DNA of 64,000 nt from an uncultured Acidobacteriota bacterium. Lineage in GTDB: Bacteria > Acidobacteriota > UBA6911. The notes under the pieces were generated by a model that saw only the letters and a list, made by a program, of their open reading frames with translations, did no database searches and was not told where the DNA came from. The stretch covers positions 608,001 through 672,000 of the forward strand of contig CAWEJX010000007.1 in assembly GCA_963809485.1 (NCBI GenBank), given 5' to 3'. Positions 20,748 to 31,650 of the stretch are shown here, one piece after another; positions within the stretch are counted from its first letter, which is position 1; the number at the start of each line of letters is the position of its first letter. The position numbers and the translations under genes were made by a program.

Positions 20748-21887
20748 ATGGCAGGAGGTGCCGTCACGGAATCCTCTCGGGATGGTGGTGAGTTGCCGCT
20801 GATCCGCACTCTGACGCGAGACACGCGCTGGATCTTCGGCGAGGCTCGGCGGGGAGCCTTGCGCCGCGCAGTCGCGCGGACGTTCGAGGATCTGAAAGGC
20901 TTCTATCTCTCCGAGGAAAGGCAGCATCGGCTCGCCGGCATGGGCCGGGTCCGGCGCTGGCTGTACCTCGGCGCCTGGCTGCTCAAGAGCCTTTTTATGA
21001 ACCTCACCCCCGGGCGGCGGGTGCTGCTAGCGCTAGTGGTGCTCCTGCTCTTTGTCCGCGCACGGTGGGGCGGCCGCGGGCTCTCGCTGCAGATTGACTT
21101 CGGCGGCCTCGCGGTCGGCTTGCTGCTATTGCTGCTCATGCTCGAGCTGAAGGACAAGTTGGTGGCCAGGAGCGAGCTGCAGGCGGGCCGTATCATGCAA
21201 CAGGCGCTGCTGCCCAAGGAGGCACCGCGGGTCGCGGGCTGGGACGTTTGGATCTCGACCCAACCCGCGAATGAGGTGGGCGGCGACCTGATCGACTTCG
21301 TAACCCACGAGGACGGCCGCGTAGGGCTCGTGTTGGCTGACGTGTGCGGCAAGGGACTGCCGGCGGCCCTGCTGATGGCTCGGCTCCAGGCGACACTTCT
21401 GGCCTTCGTCCCGGAACTGCCCTCCCTCTCGGAGCTCGCCTCCAAGCTGCACAAGGTGTTCCCCAAGCTGGGCCTGGAGAACCGCTTTGCGACCCTCGTT
21501 TACCTGGTAATCGAGCCGGGATCGTCGCGGATCCGTTTAGTGAACGCTGGGCACATGCCTCCGCTGGTCGTCGGACCGGGTCAGGTCCAGCCGCTCCCTG
21601 CAGGCGGCCCTGCGCTCGGAATCCCTACGGCGGCGATGTACGAGGAGCAATCGGTCGATCTGGGTGCGGACCAGACCATGGTGGTGTACTCGGACGGCGT
21701 GACCGAGGCTCTGAACGAGGGCGACGCGTTCTTCGGCGACGAGCGGCTGCTGGCCAGCCTCTGCAAGACTGCCGGGCGCCCCGCCGCGGAGGTTGCGCAC
21801 CAGCTCCTCGGGGCGGTCGAGGACTTCGTCGGCGAGGCACGCCGGCACGACGATGTCTCGCTCGTGGTCGTGAGACGCGCGGGCTGA
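20748..21887 (+). CDS. Membrane-anchored PP2C/SpoIIE (RsbU-like) phosphatase
   Basis: VGGDLID, ADVCGKG, VNAGH, YSDGVTEA, DDVS; two TM helices; start uncertain. Confidence 0.9.
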   Translation: MAGGAVTESSRDGGELPLIRTLTRDTRWIFGEARRGALRRAVARTFEDLKGFYLSEERQHRLAGMGRVRRWLYLGAWLLKSLFMNLTPGRRVLLALVVLLLFVRARWGGRGLSLQIDFGGLAVGLLLLLLMLELKDKLVARSELQAGRIMQQALLPKEAPRVAGWDVWISTQPANEVGGDLIDFVTHEDGRVGLVLADVCGKGLPAALLMARLQATLLAFVPELPSLSELASKLHKVFPKLGLENRFATLVYLVIEPGSSRIRLVNAGHMPPLVVGPGQVQPLPAGGPALGIPTAAMYEEQSVDLGADQTMVVYSDGVTEALNEGDAFFGDERLLASLCKTAGRPAAEVAHQLLGAVEDFVGEARRHDDVSLVVVRRAG

Positions 21888-22884
21888 AAATCTCTATCTC
21901 CGAAGACAGCTTGCCCTCTTTGCGGAACGGGAGGTAAAGGCGCGACGTGCCGATGACGGTACTCGTCTCACCTTGGTGCTCCTTTCCCGGTTTTTTGCCT
22001 GGAAGGATGCTTTGGTCATTGTAAATCCGGAAACCCTGATTAGCTGGCATCGGAAAGGATTCCGTCTCTTTTGGCGTTGGAAGAGCAAAAGACGAGGCCG
22101 GCCACGGCTACCGATTGAACTTCAGCAGCTTATCTCTCAAATGGCTGAACACAATGCAACGTGGGGTGAAGAGCGCATCGCCGATGAGCTTCTATTGAAA
22201 CTTGGAATCCATGTGTCACCGCGTACGGTAAGGCGATATATGCCTAATGGCACAGGGCCTGGAAATCGGCTTTCCTCTCAACGGTGGACAACCTTTGTCC
22301 ATAACTATGCAAAATCTATTCTGGCTTCCGAATTTTTATTAACAGTAACGGCAAGCTTCCGAATCCTATATGTCTTTGTGATTATGGAAATAGCGACACG
22401 GAAGATTGTGCATTTCAATGTTACAGATCATCCCACTGCGGAATGGATGCTGCAGCAGTTCCGCGAGGTTATCCAAGAGAAGGAAGTGCCACGCTTTTTG
22501 ATCCATGACCGGGATAGCATTTATTCTACGGAACTGGATCTAGCCATCCAATCGATGGGCTTCAAGATTCTGAAAACGCCCGTGCGGTCACCAACAGCGA
22601 ACGCTTATTGTGAAAGATTAATCGGCACTATCCGGAGGGAATGCTTGGATTTCATGATTCCGCTGAATGAAAGGCATTTACGACGGCTTCTTTCAGAATG
22701 GGTGGTTCACTACAACCAGGGCCGCCCACACTCGAGTCTAGGCCCAGGGATTCCCGATGCTTCCGATGTCTTGCCGGTTGAAGAGCCTTCCAGACATGAG
22801 ATTTCGTATGATCATCGAGTGATTGCCAAATCTGTCTTGGGCGGGCTGTATCATGAATATCGACTTGAAAAGCTTGCAGCTTGA
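21883..22884 (+). mobile_element. Integrase-core (rve) transposase, 5'-truncated
   Basis: AENLYLRRQLAL in frame from 21883 with no start codon; LIHDRDSIY, SPTANAYCER, HYNQGRPH, LGGLYHEY. Confidence 0.85.
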
Positions 22885-23110
22885 GAATTGGGCAGTATGA
22901 GATCTATATCATTCGCTATTTTTTACGGATGACACCTACCAGGAGCAGTCCGGTAGCTGAAATGCTGCATCAGGTTGCCCTTCCTTACATGAGCGGATAC
23001 CCTACGGGCACAATGGCGCATGATCTCATTGTCGACAAACGGGCTTTTTGCTAAGTTTAGTGCAGGTTCTTTGATCCCAAGATAGCGTTGGTATTTCGCT
23101 TGGAGAGATA

Positions 23111-24259
23111 TTGATGGAAGGCAAGCTCGTCCTGGAACGCCGCGATCTCGACAGTGTATTCCTGTCTTTGCATTCGAACGGATATGCAGTCATCGGTCCA
23201 AGTATTGTCGACGATGCGGTCGTATACACGAGCTTGAATTCTCCAAACGAGCTGCCCGCGGGCTGGACCGATGAGCAGAACGGCGGAACATATCGGCTAA
23301 AGCGAAGAGATGACGAAGCGCTATTCGGTTATTCGGCCGCGCCTCAATCATGGAAGAAATTTCTCTTTCCTCCAACCCTCTGTCTCTGGAAATCATGTCA
23401 AACCGAGGAGAGCTTGCAGTTTTCAGCTCCGCAAGAGCCTCGGCAAAAAATGGCCTTTTTCGGTATACGAGCCTGCGAACTCAAAGCCATTGCCATACAG
23501 GATGGAATTTTCCTTCATGGGCCGTATGCCGACCCTTCCTACTCCCTGCTTCGAGGCAATACTCTGATCATTGCAGTCCAATGTTGCACGGCAGGCGGCA
23601 CCTGCTTCTGTGCCTCGATGGGGGCCGGACCCAGAGTGACCCACGGATTTGATTTGTCGCTCACGGAAATCATCGAACCCGGCCGACACTATTTTCTTAT
23701 TGAAGCAGGAAGCGAGAGCGGCGCGCGGATACTCGAGCCGATTCCCTGTCAGCCTGCGCGCGCTGATGAGATCGAAAAGTCAGAGCGCCTCCTGGCCGGA
23801 ACCGAGTCAAGAATGGGCCGCGTTCTGGACACATCGGATATCCAAGGACTGTTGTATCGCAATTACGAACACCCGCGCTGGATGGAAGTTTCGCGGCGCT
23901 GTCTCACCTGCACAAACTGTACGATTGTTTGCCCCACTTGCTTTTGCGCCGGCGTGGAGGATAGGACCGATTTAACGGGCCATAACGCCGAGCGTTGGAG
24001 AAGGTGGGATTCCTGCTTTACTATGGACCATTCCTACATCCATGGCGGAAGCGTTCGTTCCTCCGGGACCTCGCGCTACCGCCAATGGATGACACATAAG
24101 CTTGCGACATGGATTGACCAGTTTGGCGGCTCCGGTTGCGTCGGTTGTGGACGTTGCATCACTTGGTGCCCCGTCGGAATTGACATTACCGAGGAAGCAG
24201 CTGCAATCCGCTTGAGTGGTAATTTCGGCAGATCACTTTTTGGCAAAAGAGGAGAATAG
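23111..24259 (+). CDS. hydB: Group 3b hydrogenase beta subunit (4Fe-4S, AsrA-like)
   Basis: [33 protein letters not shown]. Confidence 0.9.
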   Translation: MMEGKLVLERRDLDSVFLSLHSNGYAVIGPSIVDDAVVYTSLNSPNELPAGWTDEQNGGTYRLKRRDDEALFGYSAAPQSWKKFLFPPTLCLWKSCQTEESLQFSAPQEPRQKMAFFGIRACELKAIAIQDGIFLHGPYADPSYSLLRGNTLIIAVQCCTAGGTCFCASMGAGPRVTHGFDLSLTEIIEPGRHYFLIEAGSESGARILEPIPCQPARADEIEKSERLLAGTESRMGRVLDTSDIQGLLYRNYEHPRWMEVSRRCLTCTNCTIVCPTCFCAGVEDRTDLTGHNAERWRRWDSCFTMDHSYIHGGSVRSSGTSRYRQWMTHKLATWIDQFGGSGCVGCGRCITWCPVGIDITEEAAAIRLSGNFGRSLFGKRGE

Positions 24260-24261
24260 CC

Positions 24262-24717
24262 ATGCAAACTCTTGAGCCTATTTTGGCACAACAGCCGTTT
24301 TTGCAGAACCTCGACTCGGAGCACTTGCAGCTCCTGGTCGGATGCGCTTCCAACGTTCGCTATGAAGCCGGGCAATTTCTGCTCCGCGAGGGGGAGGAGG
24401 CCAATGAGTTTTTCATCATCCGGAGCGGCAAAGTCGCTATTGAGATTTACTCTCCGGAACGCGGCCCGATCAACATCGAGACCCTTGGAGAGGGCGATGT
24501 GCTCGGCTGGTCCTGGCTGGTGTCTCCTTACCTGTGGCGTTTTGATGCGCGGGCGATAGAGCTGACCCGTGCCCTGGTTTTAGATGGCAAATGCTTGCGC
24601 GGTAAATGTGAAAGCGACCACCATCTGGGATACGCACTGCTGAACCGATTCGCGCATATTATCGATCGCAGGTTGCAGGCAACCCGAATCCAACTACTCG
24701 ATATCTACCGTGCATGA
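24262..24717 (+). CDS. Cyclic nucleotide-binding domain protein
   Basis: [25 protein letters not shown]. Confidence 0.9.
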   Translation: MQTLEPILAQQPFLQNLDSEHLQLLVGCASNVRYEAGQFLLREGEEANEFFIIRSGKVAIEIYSPERGPINIETLGEGDVLGWSWLVSPYLWRFDARAIELTRALVLDGKCLRGKCESDHHLGYALLNRFAHIIDRRLQATRIQLLDIYRA

Positions 24718-24730
24718 GGAAAAGCTTAGG

Positions 24731-25570
24731 ATGAAAGACCGGGCGCCGGAGCCGATGCTACCCGAACCTTTTCGCATCGAGCGAATACTGAAAGAAACCG
24801 GAGACACTTTTACCTTTGAACTGGAACCCGCAAACGGTGCCGCGGGCGCTGCTTTTTCCGCCGGGCAATTCAATATGCTCTATATATTCGGGATTGGGGA
24901 GGTCCCTATCTCGATAAGCGGGGATCCGGGCAAATCCGGCCGTATGGTTCACACCATAAGAGCCGTCGGCGCCGTAACCAAAGTAATGCGGGCATTGAAA
25001 CGCGGCAGCGTGATTGGCCTGCGCGGGCCTTACGGTAAAGGATGGCCAATTGAAGAGTCACGCGGCAACGACATCATAATCATTGGAGGCGGCATTGGGC
25101 TTGCCCCGCTGAGGCCGGCTTTGTACCGACTGATTTCCGAAAGGGAAAAGTACGGCCGCGTCATCCTGCTTTATGGCACGCGCACGCCCGCGGACATACT
25201 TTTTCACAACGAGTTGGAGCGCTGGCGCGGGCGTCTCGATCTTGATGTTGAGGTAACCGTTGACCGGGCAAACATATCCTGGCGCGGACACGTGGGAGTC
25301 GTCACGACTCTTATTCCCAAAGCTTCCTTTGATCCTCTGCAAACGACCGCTTTTATCTGCGGCCCCGAGATAATGATGCGCTTTACCGTGTTGGAACTCG
25401 AAAGGAGAGGAATCCCTTCGGAGAATATCTATTTATCGCTGGAGCGCAGTATGAAGTGCGGCATTGGACTCTGCGGGCACTGCCAGTTGGGACCCTACTT
25501 CATCTGCAAGGATGGCCCGGTGTTCTGTTATAACAAGGTCAAGAGCTTAATCGCATTGCGGGAAATCTAG
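24731..25570 (+). CDS. hydG: Hydrogenase gamma subunit (FAD/NAD(P)-binding, 2Fe-2S)
   Basis: [41 protein letters not shown]. Confidence 0.9.
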   Translation: MKDRAPEPMLPEPFRIERILKETGDTFTFELEPANGAAGAAFSAGQFNMLYIFGIGEVPISISGDPGKSGRMVHTIRAVGAVTKVMRALKRGSVIGLRGPYGKGWPIEESRGNDIIIIGGGIGLAPLRPALYRLISEREKYGRVILLYGTRTPADILFHNELERWRGRLDLDVEVTVDRANISWRGHVGVVTTLIPKASFDPLQTTAFICGPEIMMRFTVLELERRGIPSENIYLSLERSMKCGIGLCGHCQLGPYFICKDGPVFCYNKVKSLIALREI

Positions 25571-25571
25571 C

Positions 25572-26351
25572 ATGCCTCGAGCAAAAAAACCCAAGCTGGC
25601 CTTCTGGAAATTTGCATCCTGTGACGGCTGCCAGATGACGCTTCTCGATTGTGAAGACGAGTTGCTTGCTGTTGCGAGTGAAATTGAAATCGCTAATTTT
25701 GCCGAAGCCACGAGCACCTTTATAAAGGGGCCCTACGACATTTCAATTGTCGAGGGATCCATTACCACACCCCAAGAGGAGGAGCGTATACACCGCATTC
25801 GCCGCTCATCCAAGTTCCTGGTGACCATTGGGGCATGCGCCTCCAGCGGAGGGATACAGTCTCTGCGCAATTTTAAAAACGTCCAGGAGTTTGTTTCTAT
25901 AGTCTATGCGACCCCGGCATACATTGAGACGCTCAACAAATCCACGCCGATGAAAGATCATATTCCTGTGGATTTCGAGCTACAGGGGTGTCCTCCGAAC
26001 AAATATCAGCTTCTGGAAGTGCTATCGGCATACCTGCATGGGCGGAAGCCGATCACTCCTCCCTATAGCCTGTGTCTCGATTGCAAGAGCCAAGGTATTG
26101 TCTGCGTCATGGTTGCCAACGGTATTCCTTGTATGGGCCCGGTAACCCATGCGGGCTGCGGCGCCCTATGCCCCTCGTATCGCCGCGGATGCTATAGTTG
26201 TTTCGGACCTAAGGAAACACCCAACACGGGCTCGCTGAGCGCATGGTTCAGCTCGCTGGGAAGGTCGAACCAGGATATTATCCGGTCTTTCCGCAGCTAC
26301 TATGGGTGGACTGAACCTTTTAGAAAAGAGAGTGAAGCGCTTGAGAAATAG
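25572..26351 (+). CDS. hydD: [NiFe] hydrogenase small (delta) subunit
   Basis: SCDGCQ, IGACA, GCPP, C-terminal Cys cluster. Confidence 0.9.
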   Translation: MPRAKKPKLAFWKFASCDGCQMTLLDCEDELLAVASEIEIANFAEATSTFIKGPYDISIVEGSITTPQEEERIHRIRRSSKFLVTIGACASSGGIQSLRNFKNVQEFVSIVYATPAYIETLNKSTPMKDHIPVDFELQGCPPNKYQLLEVLSAYLHGRKPITPPYSLCLDCKSQGIVCVMVANGIPCMGPVTHAGCGALCPSYRRGCYSCFGPKETPNTGSLSAWFSSLGRSNQDIIRSFRSYYGWTEPFRKESEALEK

Positions 26352-26465
26352 GCAGACGGGCGTGAATATGAGGCGCGCGACAAAGTGCAACACTGCACGG
26401 GCGACCGGCCGCTCGCCCGTCGCAGTAGAAGGCTTGTGAGCAGTGCGCTTTTAAAGGCAAATTGC

Positions 26466-27752
26466 ATGAAAACCGTTAGCATCAAGATAGATTACCTTAC
26501 GCGGGTGGAAGGTGAAGGCGCACTGCGCGTCAAGATAAAGGAAGGCGCAGTGGAGGATGTGCAGTTACGGATCTTCGAGCCGCCGCGCATGTTCGAAGCA
26601 TTTATGCGCGGCCGCCACGCCTTTGAAGCTCCCGACCTTGCAGCGCGGATCTGCGGCATCTGCCCGATCGCCTATCAAATGAGCGCAGTCCATGCCGTGG
26701 AAGACGCTTTTGGACTGAAGATCGACGGCCCAATCCGCAATTTGCGCCGGCTGATTTACTGCGGGGAGTGGATTGAAAGCCATGCGCTGAGTATTTATAT
26801 GCTACACGCGCCCGACTTTCTGGGTTATCCCGGCGCTTTGGAAATGGCTGGGAAATATCCCGAGGCTCTGAATCGCGGCTTGCAGCTGAAAAAAACAGGA
26901 AACGAAATCGTCGCGCTCCTGGGCGGACGCGAAATCCACCCCATTAATGTCCGCGTTGGAGGTTTTTATCGGTCACCGGCCAAGCGCGATCTAGCAAAGC
27001 TCGCCGAACGCCTTAAATGGGCTCGAGAAGCAGCGCTTGAAACCAGCCGCTGGGTTTCAGCCTTTGAGTTTCCGGATTGCGAGCGAGATTACGAGTTCGT
27101 TGCGCTCTCACATCCGAGCGAATACCCGCTGAATGAGGGGCGCATGGTCTCTAATAAAGGTCTGGATATTGAGGCGTCCCGATTCGACGACTACTTTGCA
27201 GAGGAGCACGTAAAACACTCTACGGCACTTCACTCGGCGATTATCCAGCGAGGGTCCTATTTCGTAGGTCCGCTGGCCCGTTTCAATCTCAATTTTGACA
27301 AGCTGTCCCCTCTTGCGCGCGAGGCCGCCGAGGCTGCCGGAATGAAGCCTCCCTGCCACAATCCTTTCCGCAGCATTATCGCGCGCGCTGTTGAAATTCT
27401 ACACAGCTGCGATGAAGCGCTGCGCTTGATCGAAAACTTTGAAATGCCGGAAAAGCCCGCGGCGGAAGTTCAGATTCGAGAAGGCATAGGATACGCCTGC
27501 ACCGAAGCCCCCCGCGGCGTTTTGTATCACCGCTACCGCATCGACAACGAGGGCAACCTTCTCGACGCCAGGATAGTGCCGCCAACCTCGCAAAATCAGA
27601 AGTCCATCGAAGAAGATCTGCGGCAGTTCATCCCCAGGTATTCGAATCTGCCAAAAGAGAAGATCACGGCATTTTGCGAGCATGCAATACGTAACTATGA
27701 TCCGTGCATCTCCTGCTCCACGCACGTGATCAAAATCTGGAATTCCATATGA
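26466..27752 (+). CDS. hydA: [NiFe] hydrogenase large (alpha) subunit, group 3b
   Basis: TRVEGEG, RICGICP (L1), [14 protein letters not shown] (L2). Confidence 0.93.
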   Translation: MKTVSIKIDYLTRVEGEGALRVKIKEGAVEDVQLRIFEPPRMFEAFMRGRHAFEAPDLAARICGICPIAYQMSAVHAVEDAFGLKIDGPIRNLRRLIYCGEWIESHALSIYMLHAPDFLGYPGALEMAGKYPEALNRGLQLKKTGNEIVALLGGREIHPINVRVGGFYRSPAKRDLAKLAERLKWAREAALETSRWVSAFEFPDCERDYEFVALSHPSEYPLNEGRMVSNKGLDIEASRFDDYFAEEHVKHSTALHSAIIQRGSYFVGPLARFNLNFDKLSPLAREAAEAAGMKPPCHNPFRSIIARAVEILHSCDEALRLIENFEMPEKPAAEVQIREGIGYACTEAPRGVLYHRYRIDNEGNLLDARIVPPTSQNQKSIEEDLRQFIPRYSNLPKEKITAFCEHAIRNYDPCISCSTHVIKIWNSI

Positions 27753-28044
27753 TTCGAGATCGAGAATTTTCAGCTTGAGCCGCAGAAACTATCTGCTTTC
27801 AGCAGAAGTGTGGGGAAATTCCCGTATGGTGAATATTCTTCGCCGTGGATCAAATGCGCTATTTCCGCAGGTTGTCATCAGAATGGCGGGACCTGTTCGG
27901 CCGATCTCAATAGACTGACGGACGAATTCTGGATACTGGGGAGGAAAAGGACCGGATTAACCATTTGGTTCCTCGGCCATGCATGGACGGCTGTGCACAC
28001 GATCAGGCTGCTCCCGAACGGCTTCCGTGATGAATCGACCGAGG

Positions 28045-28296
28045 TCATGCAGCTTCGCGGAAATAGTAACGCTGCAGTCCACCGAGCCGTTGCCGGCACA
28101 CGACCTCACCGGCCCTCTCGCCGACTTCCCTCCCAGGAATCAGCAGCCGGTTGCCCACCCCCTGATGGTTGCGCTCCGTAAGAAAATGATCCACATAGCT
28201 TACTGTGGCGGCATGGAGCGATTTCTCTCCGAAGAAGATCATGCGCTCCAGGCACTCCTCCTTCAGGCTTCGCATGAACCGCTCAATGTGCGCACT
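28045..28296 (-). pseudogene. rve transposase, C-terminal part displaced by insertion
   Basis: AHIERFMRSLKEECL...ERNHQG...RLGGLQRYY. Confidence 0.9.
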
Positions 28297-28646
28297 GGAA
28301 AAAGCCATCAACTGCGAAGTATTCGACAGAACCGCAACGATTTTTCACAGTAACGCATCCCTTCCATCCTCTTCATAACCGCCGGTTCGAGCTGGTTGCT
28401 TGTAGGCCAGCCTGGGGTGAGTCCAGAGTGTACTTCTACAACGAAGAGAATTGCCTTATAGCGATACCAACTGCATGGACCGATGCGGCAGCGCCGGATC
28501 CGTTCGTAGCCATTGCAGCGGGCAGGGCCTGCTTCCGCACGGAAGATCTCATTCAGCTCGCAGAGCTGGTGACGTTCTGTAAAAGCAAAATGCCCAAGAA
28601 AAGAGTCCGCGCAACATCTGTAAAGGAAAAGACGCCGCATGTGTAA
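28293..28646 (+). CDS. THPFHP-motif protein (DUF5372-like) with no upstream start in the integrated state
   Basis: Frame open from the att core through VTHPFHPL...PTAWTD...DPF...FR; in-frame TGA at 28275; first GTG only at 28428. Confidence 0.75.
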   Translation, partial: HWKKPSTAKYSTEPQRFFTVTHPFHPLHNRRFELVACRPAWGESRVYFYNEENCLIAIPTAWTDAAAPDPFVAIAAGRACFRTEDLIQLAELVTFCKSKMPKKRVRATSVKEKTPHV

Positions 28647-28794
28647 GAGTAATATCGCCGCATATCCGTTGTGCGCATCTGCAAACATTATTGATGGTAT
28701 GCGCATGATATGCTTGATAACGGCTAGCGTACGGTTGATGTCAACACGATTATCCTTGACATGCGGAGAGGAATAAGGCGTATATATTATTACA

Positions 28795-29265
28795 ATGAAA
28801 AAACAATTGCGCACAGCCGACCCAAAGATAAAAGCACTGAAACAGCAAGGAACCCTGAATCCTCATCCCGAACGGGTAACCGATTCACTCTTCCTCGAAA
28901 GCGAATTCTTCAATGCACGTGACGTAGTTCAGGTCAAGTACGAGATGCTGCGGCGGGTCGAAGCCGAGGGGAAGTCGGTGACTGCCGCTGCTGCCGCCTT
29001 CGGCCTCTCACGGCCAGCATTTTACCAAGCTCAGTCAATCCTGCGGCAAGATGGCCTTCCCGGGCTCATCCCCAAAAAACGGGGTCCCCGAAGTGGTCAT
29101 AAGCTTAGCGAAGAAGTCGTCGATTACATTGAGGCGGCCCGGGCTGCAAGCCAATCACCAACTGTTTCGGAGTTGATTTCCCTGGTCACCGAGCGCTTTG
29201 GCATTAAAGTTCACCGTCGCACCGTTGAGCGCGCCCTGCGCCGGCGGGAAAAAAAACAGCTATGA
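28795..29265 (+). CDS. Helix-turn-helix protein of the element
   Basis: VQVKYEMLR, SVTAAAAAFGLSRPAFYQ, GLIPKKRGP, VHRRTVERAL; TTGACA at 28756. Confidence 0.85.
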   Translation: MKKQLRTADPKIKALKQQGTLNPHPERVTDSLFLESEFFNARDVVQVKYEMLRRVEAEGKSVTAAAAAFGLSRPAFYQAQSILRQDGLPGLIPKKRGPRSGHKLSEEVVDYIEAARAASQSPTVSELISLVTERFGIKVHRRTVERALRRREKKQL

Positions 29266-29579
29266 AAGCCAGAAGGCAAGTTGATCAGGGACCTGATGCA
29301 CTGATGCGGATCAAAACGGCATACGAAAAACTGCGCAAACAGGCAATCGATCAAAGTTGTTGCACTCAAGGAGAACTTGGACTTGCCGTCTTGAAGTATC
29401 AAGGATTGGCGGCATGGATCGATGCGTGGTGGACCTATGCGAGCCCGGTTGTCCCTGAAGGCGCCGACAGCAAAATGGCTGACGACTTCCTTCCTGCGGG
29501 ATTACAGGGCGACATCGTAATGGTACTGTCGAGTATGGTTTTCCATGCGGCATCCACAGAGGTGAGCTATGGCGAGTGA
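29262..29579 (+). CDS. Hypothetical protein of the element
   Basis: ATGA overlap with HTH gene, overlaps recombinase start; YEKLR..GLAAW. Confidence 0.7.
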   Translation: MKARRQVDQGPDALMRIKTAYEKLRKQAIDQSCCTQGELGLAVLKYQGLAAWIDAWWTYASPVVPEGADSKMADDFLPAGLQGDIVMVLSSMVFHAASTEVSYGE

Positions 29580-31650
29580 GGGGAATCAGAAGATCCGGCC
29601 GATCCACGTTCAACGGAATGCCTATTTGTACATACGGCAATCGACGCTCCGACAGGTTTTGGAAAATACTGAAAGTACAAAACGCCAGTATGCCTTGAAG
29701 CAGCGCGCAGTTGCGTTGGGATGGCCCCAGGAGCGTATCATTGTGCTGGATACGGATCTGGGCCAATCAGGCGCAGCCGCTGCAGACCGCGAGGGTTTCC
29801 AAAAATTGGTGACCGAAGTTGGGTTAGGGCATGCAGGCTTGGTGATGGGTTTAGAGGTTTCTCGCCTTGCACGAAATTCGGCCGACTGGCATCGGCTGCT
29901 CGAAATGTGTGCACTGAGCGATACACTCATACTGGACGAGGATGGTATTTACGATCCGGCGCACTTTAATGACCGCCTGCTGCTCGGTCTCAAAGGTACG
30001 ATGAGTGAAGCCGAACTGCACATGCTTCGGGCTCGGCTTTTGGGCGGTATCGTGAATAAGGCACGGCGAGGTGAACTAGAGTGCCCACTTCCCATTGGTT
30101 TCATCTACGATGCAACAGGCAAAGTCGTGATTGATCCCGACCGGCAGGTTCAGGAGAGCATCCGCATGTTCTTCCGGACTTTTCGTCGTACGGGGTCTGC
30201 AACAGCAACAGTGAAAGCGTTTCGAAACAAGGGCCTGCTCTTTCCACGACGAGCCGATAATCATCAGAAGGGAGACTTGGCGTGGGGCCCCCTTTTACTC
30301 CATCGCGCCTTATGGCTGCTGCACAATCCACGCTTTGCGGGAGCATTTTTCTTTGGGCGTACTCGACAGCGCAAGTATGGCTCTAATGTTAGCAGTAGGA
30401 AATTACCGCGGGAGGAATGGATTGCGTTTATTCCCAATGCGCATCCGGGCTACATTTCTTGGGACGAATTCGAACAGAACCAGAAATGCCTGACCGAAAA
30501 CTCGGCGGCCCACGGCACCGACCGCCGCAAGAGCCCGCCAAGAGAAGGTCCTGCTTTGTTACAGGGGTTGGTGATCTGTGGAGTATGCGGCCGGCGTATG
30601 ACGGTTCGTTATCATGGTAGGAGACAAGGACTTCAGCCTGACTATGTGTGCCAGCGCGAAGGGATAGAACGCGGAGAGAGGATTTGCCAGCATATCCCGG
30701 GAGCGAATATCGACGAGGCTGTAGGAGCTCTTCTGGTTGAGGCTGTGAGTCCCATGGCTCTAGAAGTGACGCTGGCAGTGCAGCAGGAATTGCAGACACG
30801 TCTGAGTGAAGCAGACGCACTGCGAAAAAAACACGTCGAGCGAGCTCAGTATGAGGCGGATCTTGCCCGGCGGCGTTTTCTCCGTGTAGATCCAGAGAAC
30901 CGGCTTGTAGCTGCCTCACTTGAGGCTGAGTGGAACGAGAAACTCCGAGTGCTCGATGAGCGACAGCAAGAGTATCAGCGGGAATGCGAAAGGGATCGGA
31001 AGCTCCTTGATGAAAAGACAAGCACGCAGGTTCTTACTCTTGCAAGTGATTTTCCCAAACTCTGGCAAGATCAGCGGACAGAGGACCGCGATCGAAAGCG
31101 AATGTTGCGGCTCTTGATCGAAGATGTGACTCTTATTAGGAACAAAGAAATCAGCGCCAGTGTCCGCTTCCGAGGGGGAGCCACCAGGATACTGACACTG
31201 CCTCTTCCGCCTCCGGCATGGAAGATCCGGCAGACCAGTCCTGAAGTGCTCGCCGAGATCGACCGGCTGCTCGACAACCATACGGACTCGGAGATTTCCG
31301 TGATTCTCACCGAACGCGGATATCGCTCAGGCGAGGGAAAGTCCATTAATCACGCAATGGTCTACCGTCTTTGCCGCGAGTATGCAATGAAAACACGATA
31401 TCAACGACTCCGCGATCTTGGGATGATGACAGTTAATGAGACAGCAGCCAGACTCGATATCAATCCCGGAACGGTCAAGAAGTGGAAACGTGGAGGTTAT
31501 CTACACGCCCACTGGTACAATGACCATTCTTATCTCATCGAACGTCCTGGAAACAATAGGCCGCTTAAGCACAAGAGAAAACCGGGATGCTATCGATCAA
31601 AGGCAGAAAGAGCGACCCAAATTACGCATGAGGTGCAGTATGAAGCATAA
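29569..31650 (+). CDS. Large serine recombinase
   Basis: YIRQST catalytic Ser, DLGQSG, EVSRLARN, LHNPRFAG, zinc ribbon CGVCG, coiled coil, C-terminal HTH ending EVQYEA. Confidence 0.95.
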   Translation: MASEGNQKIRPIHVQRNAYLYIRQSTLRQVLENTESTKRQYALKQRAVALGWPQERIIVLDTDLGQSGAAAADREGFQKLVTEVGLGHAGLVMGLEVSRLARNSADWHRLLEMCALSDTLILDEDGIYDPAHFNDRLLLGLKGTMSEAELHMLRARLLGGIVNKARRGELECPLPIGFIYDATGKVVIDPDRQVQESIRMFFRTFRRTGSATATVKAFRNKGLLFPRRADNHQKGDLAWGPLLLHRALWLLHNPRFAGAFFFGRTRQRKYGSNVSSRKLPREEWIAFIPNAHPGYISWDEFEQNQKCLTENSAAHGTDRRKSPPREGPALLQGLVICGVCGRRMTVRYHGRRQGLQPDYVCQREGIERGERICQHIPGANIDEAVGALLVEAVSPMALEVTLAVQQELQTRLSEADALRKKHVERAQYEADLARRRFLRVDPENRLVAASLEAEWNEKLRVLDERQQEYQRECERDRKLLDEKTSTQVLTLASDFPKLWQDQRTEDRDRKRMLRLLIEDVTLIRNKEISASVRFRGGATRILTLPLPPPAWKIRQTSPEVLAEIDRLLDNHTDSEISVILTERGYRSGEGKSINHAMVYRLCREYAMKTRYQRLRDLGMMTVNETAARLDINPGTVKKWKRGGYLHAHWYNDHSYLIERPGNNRPLKHKRKPGCYRSKAERATQITHEVQYEA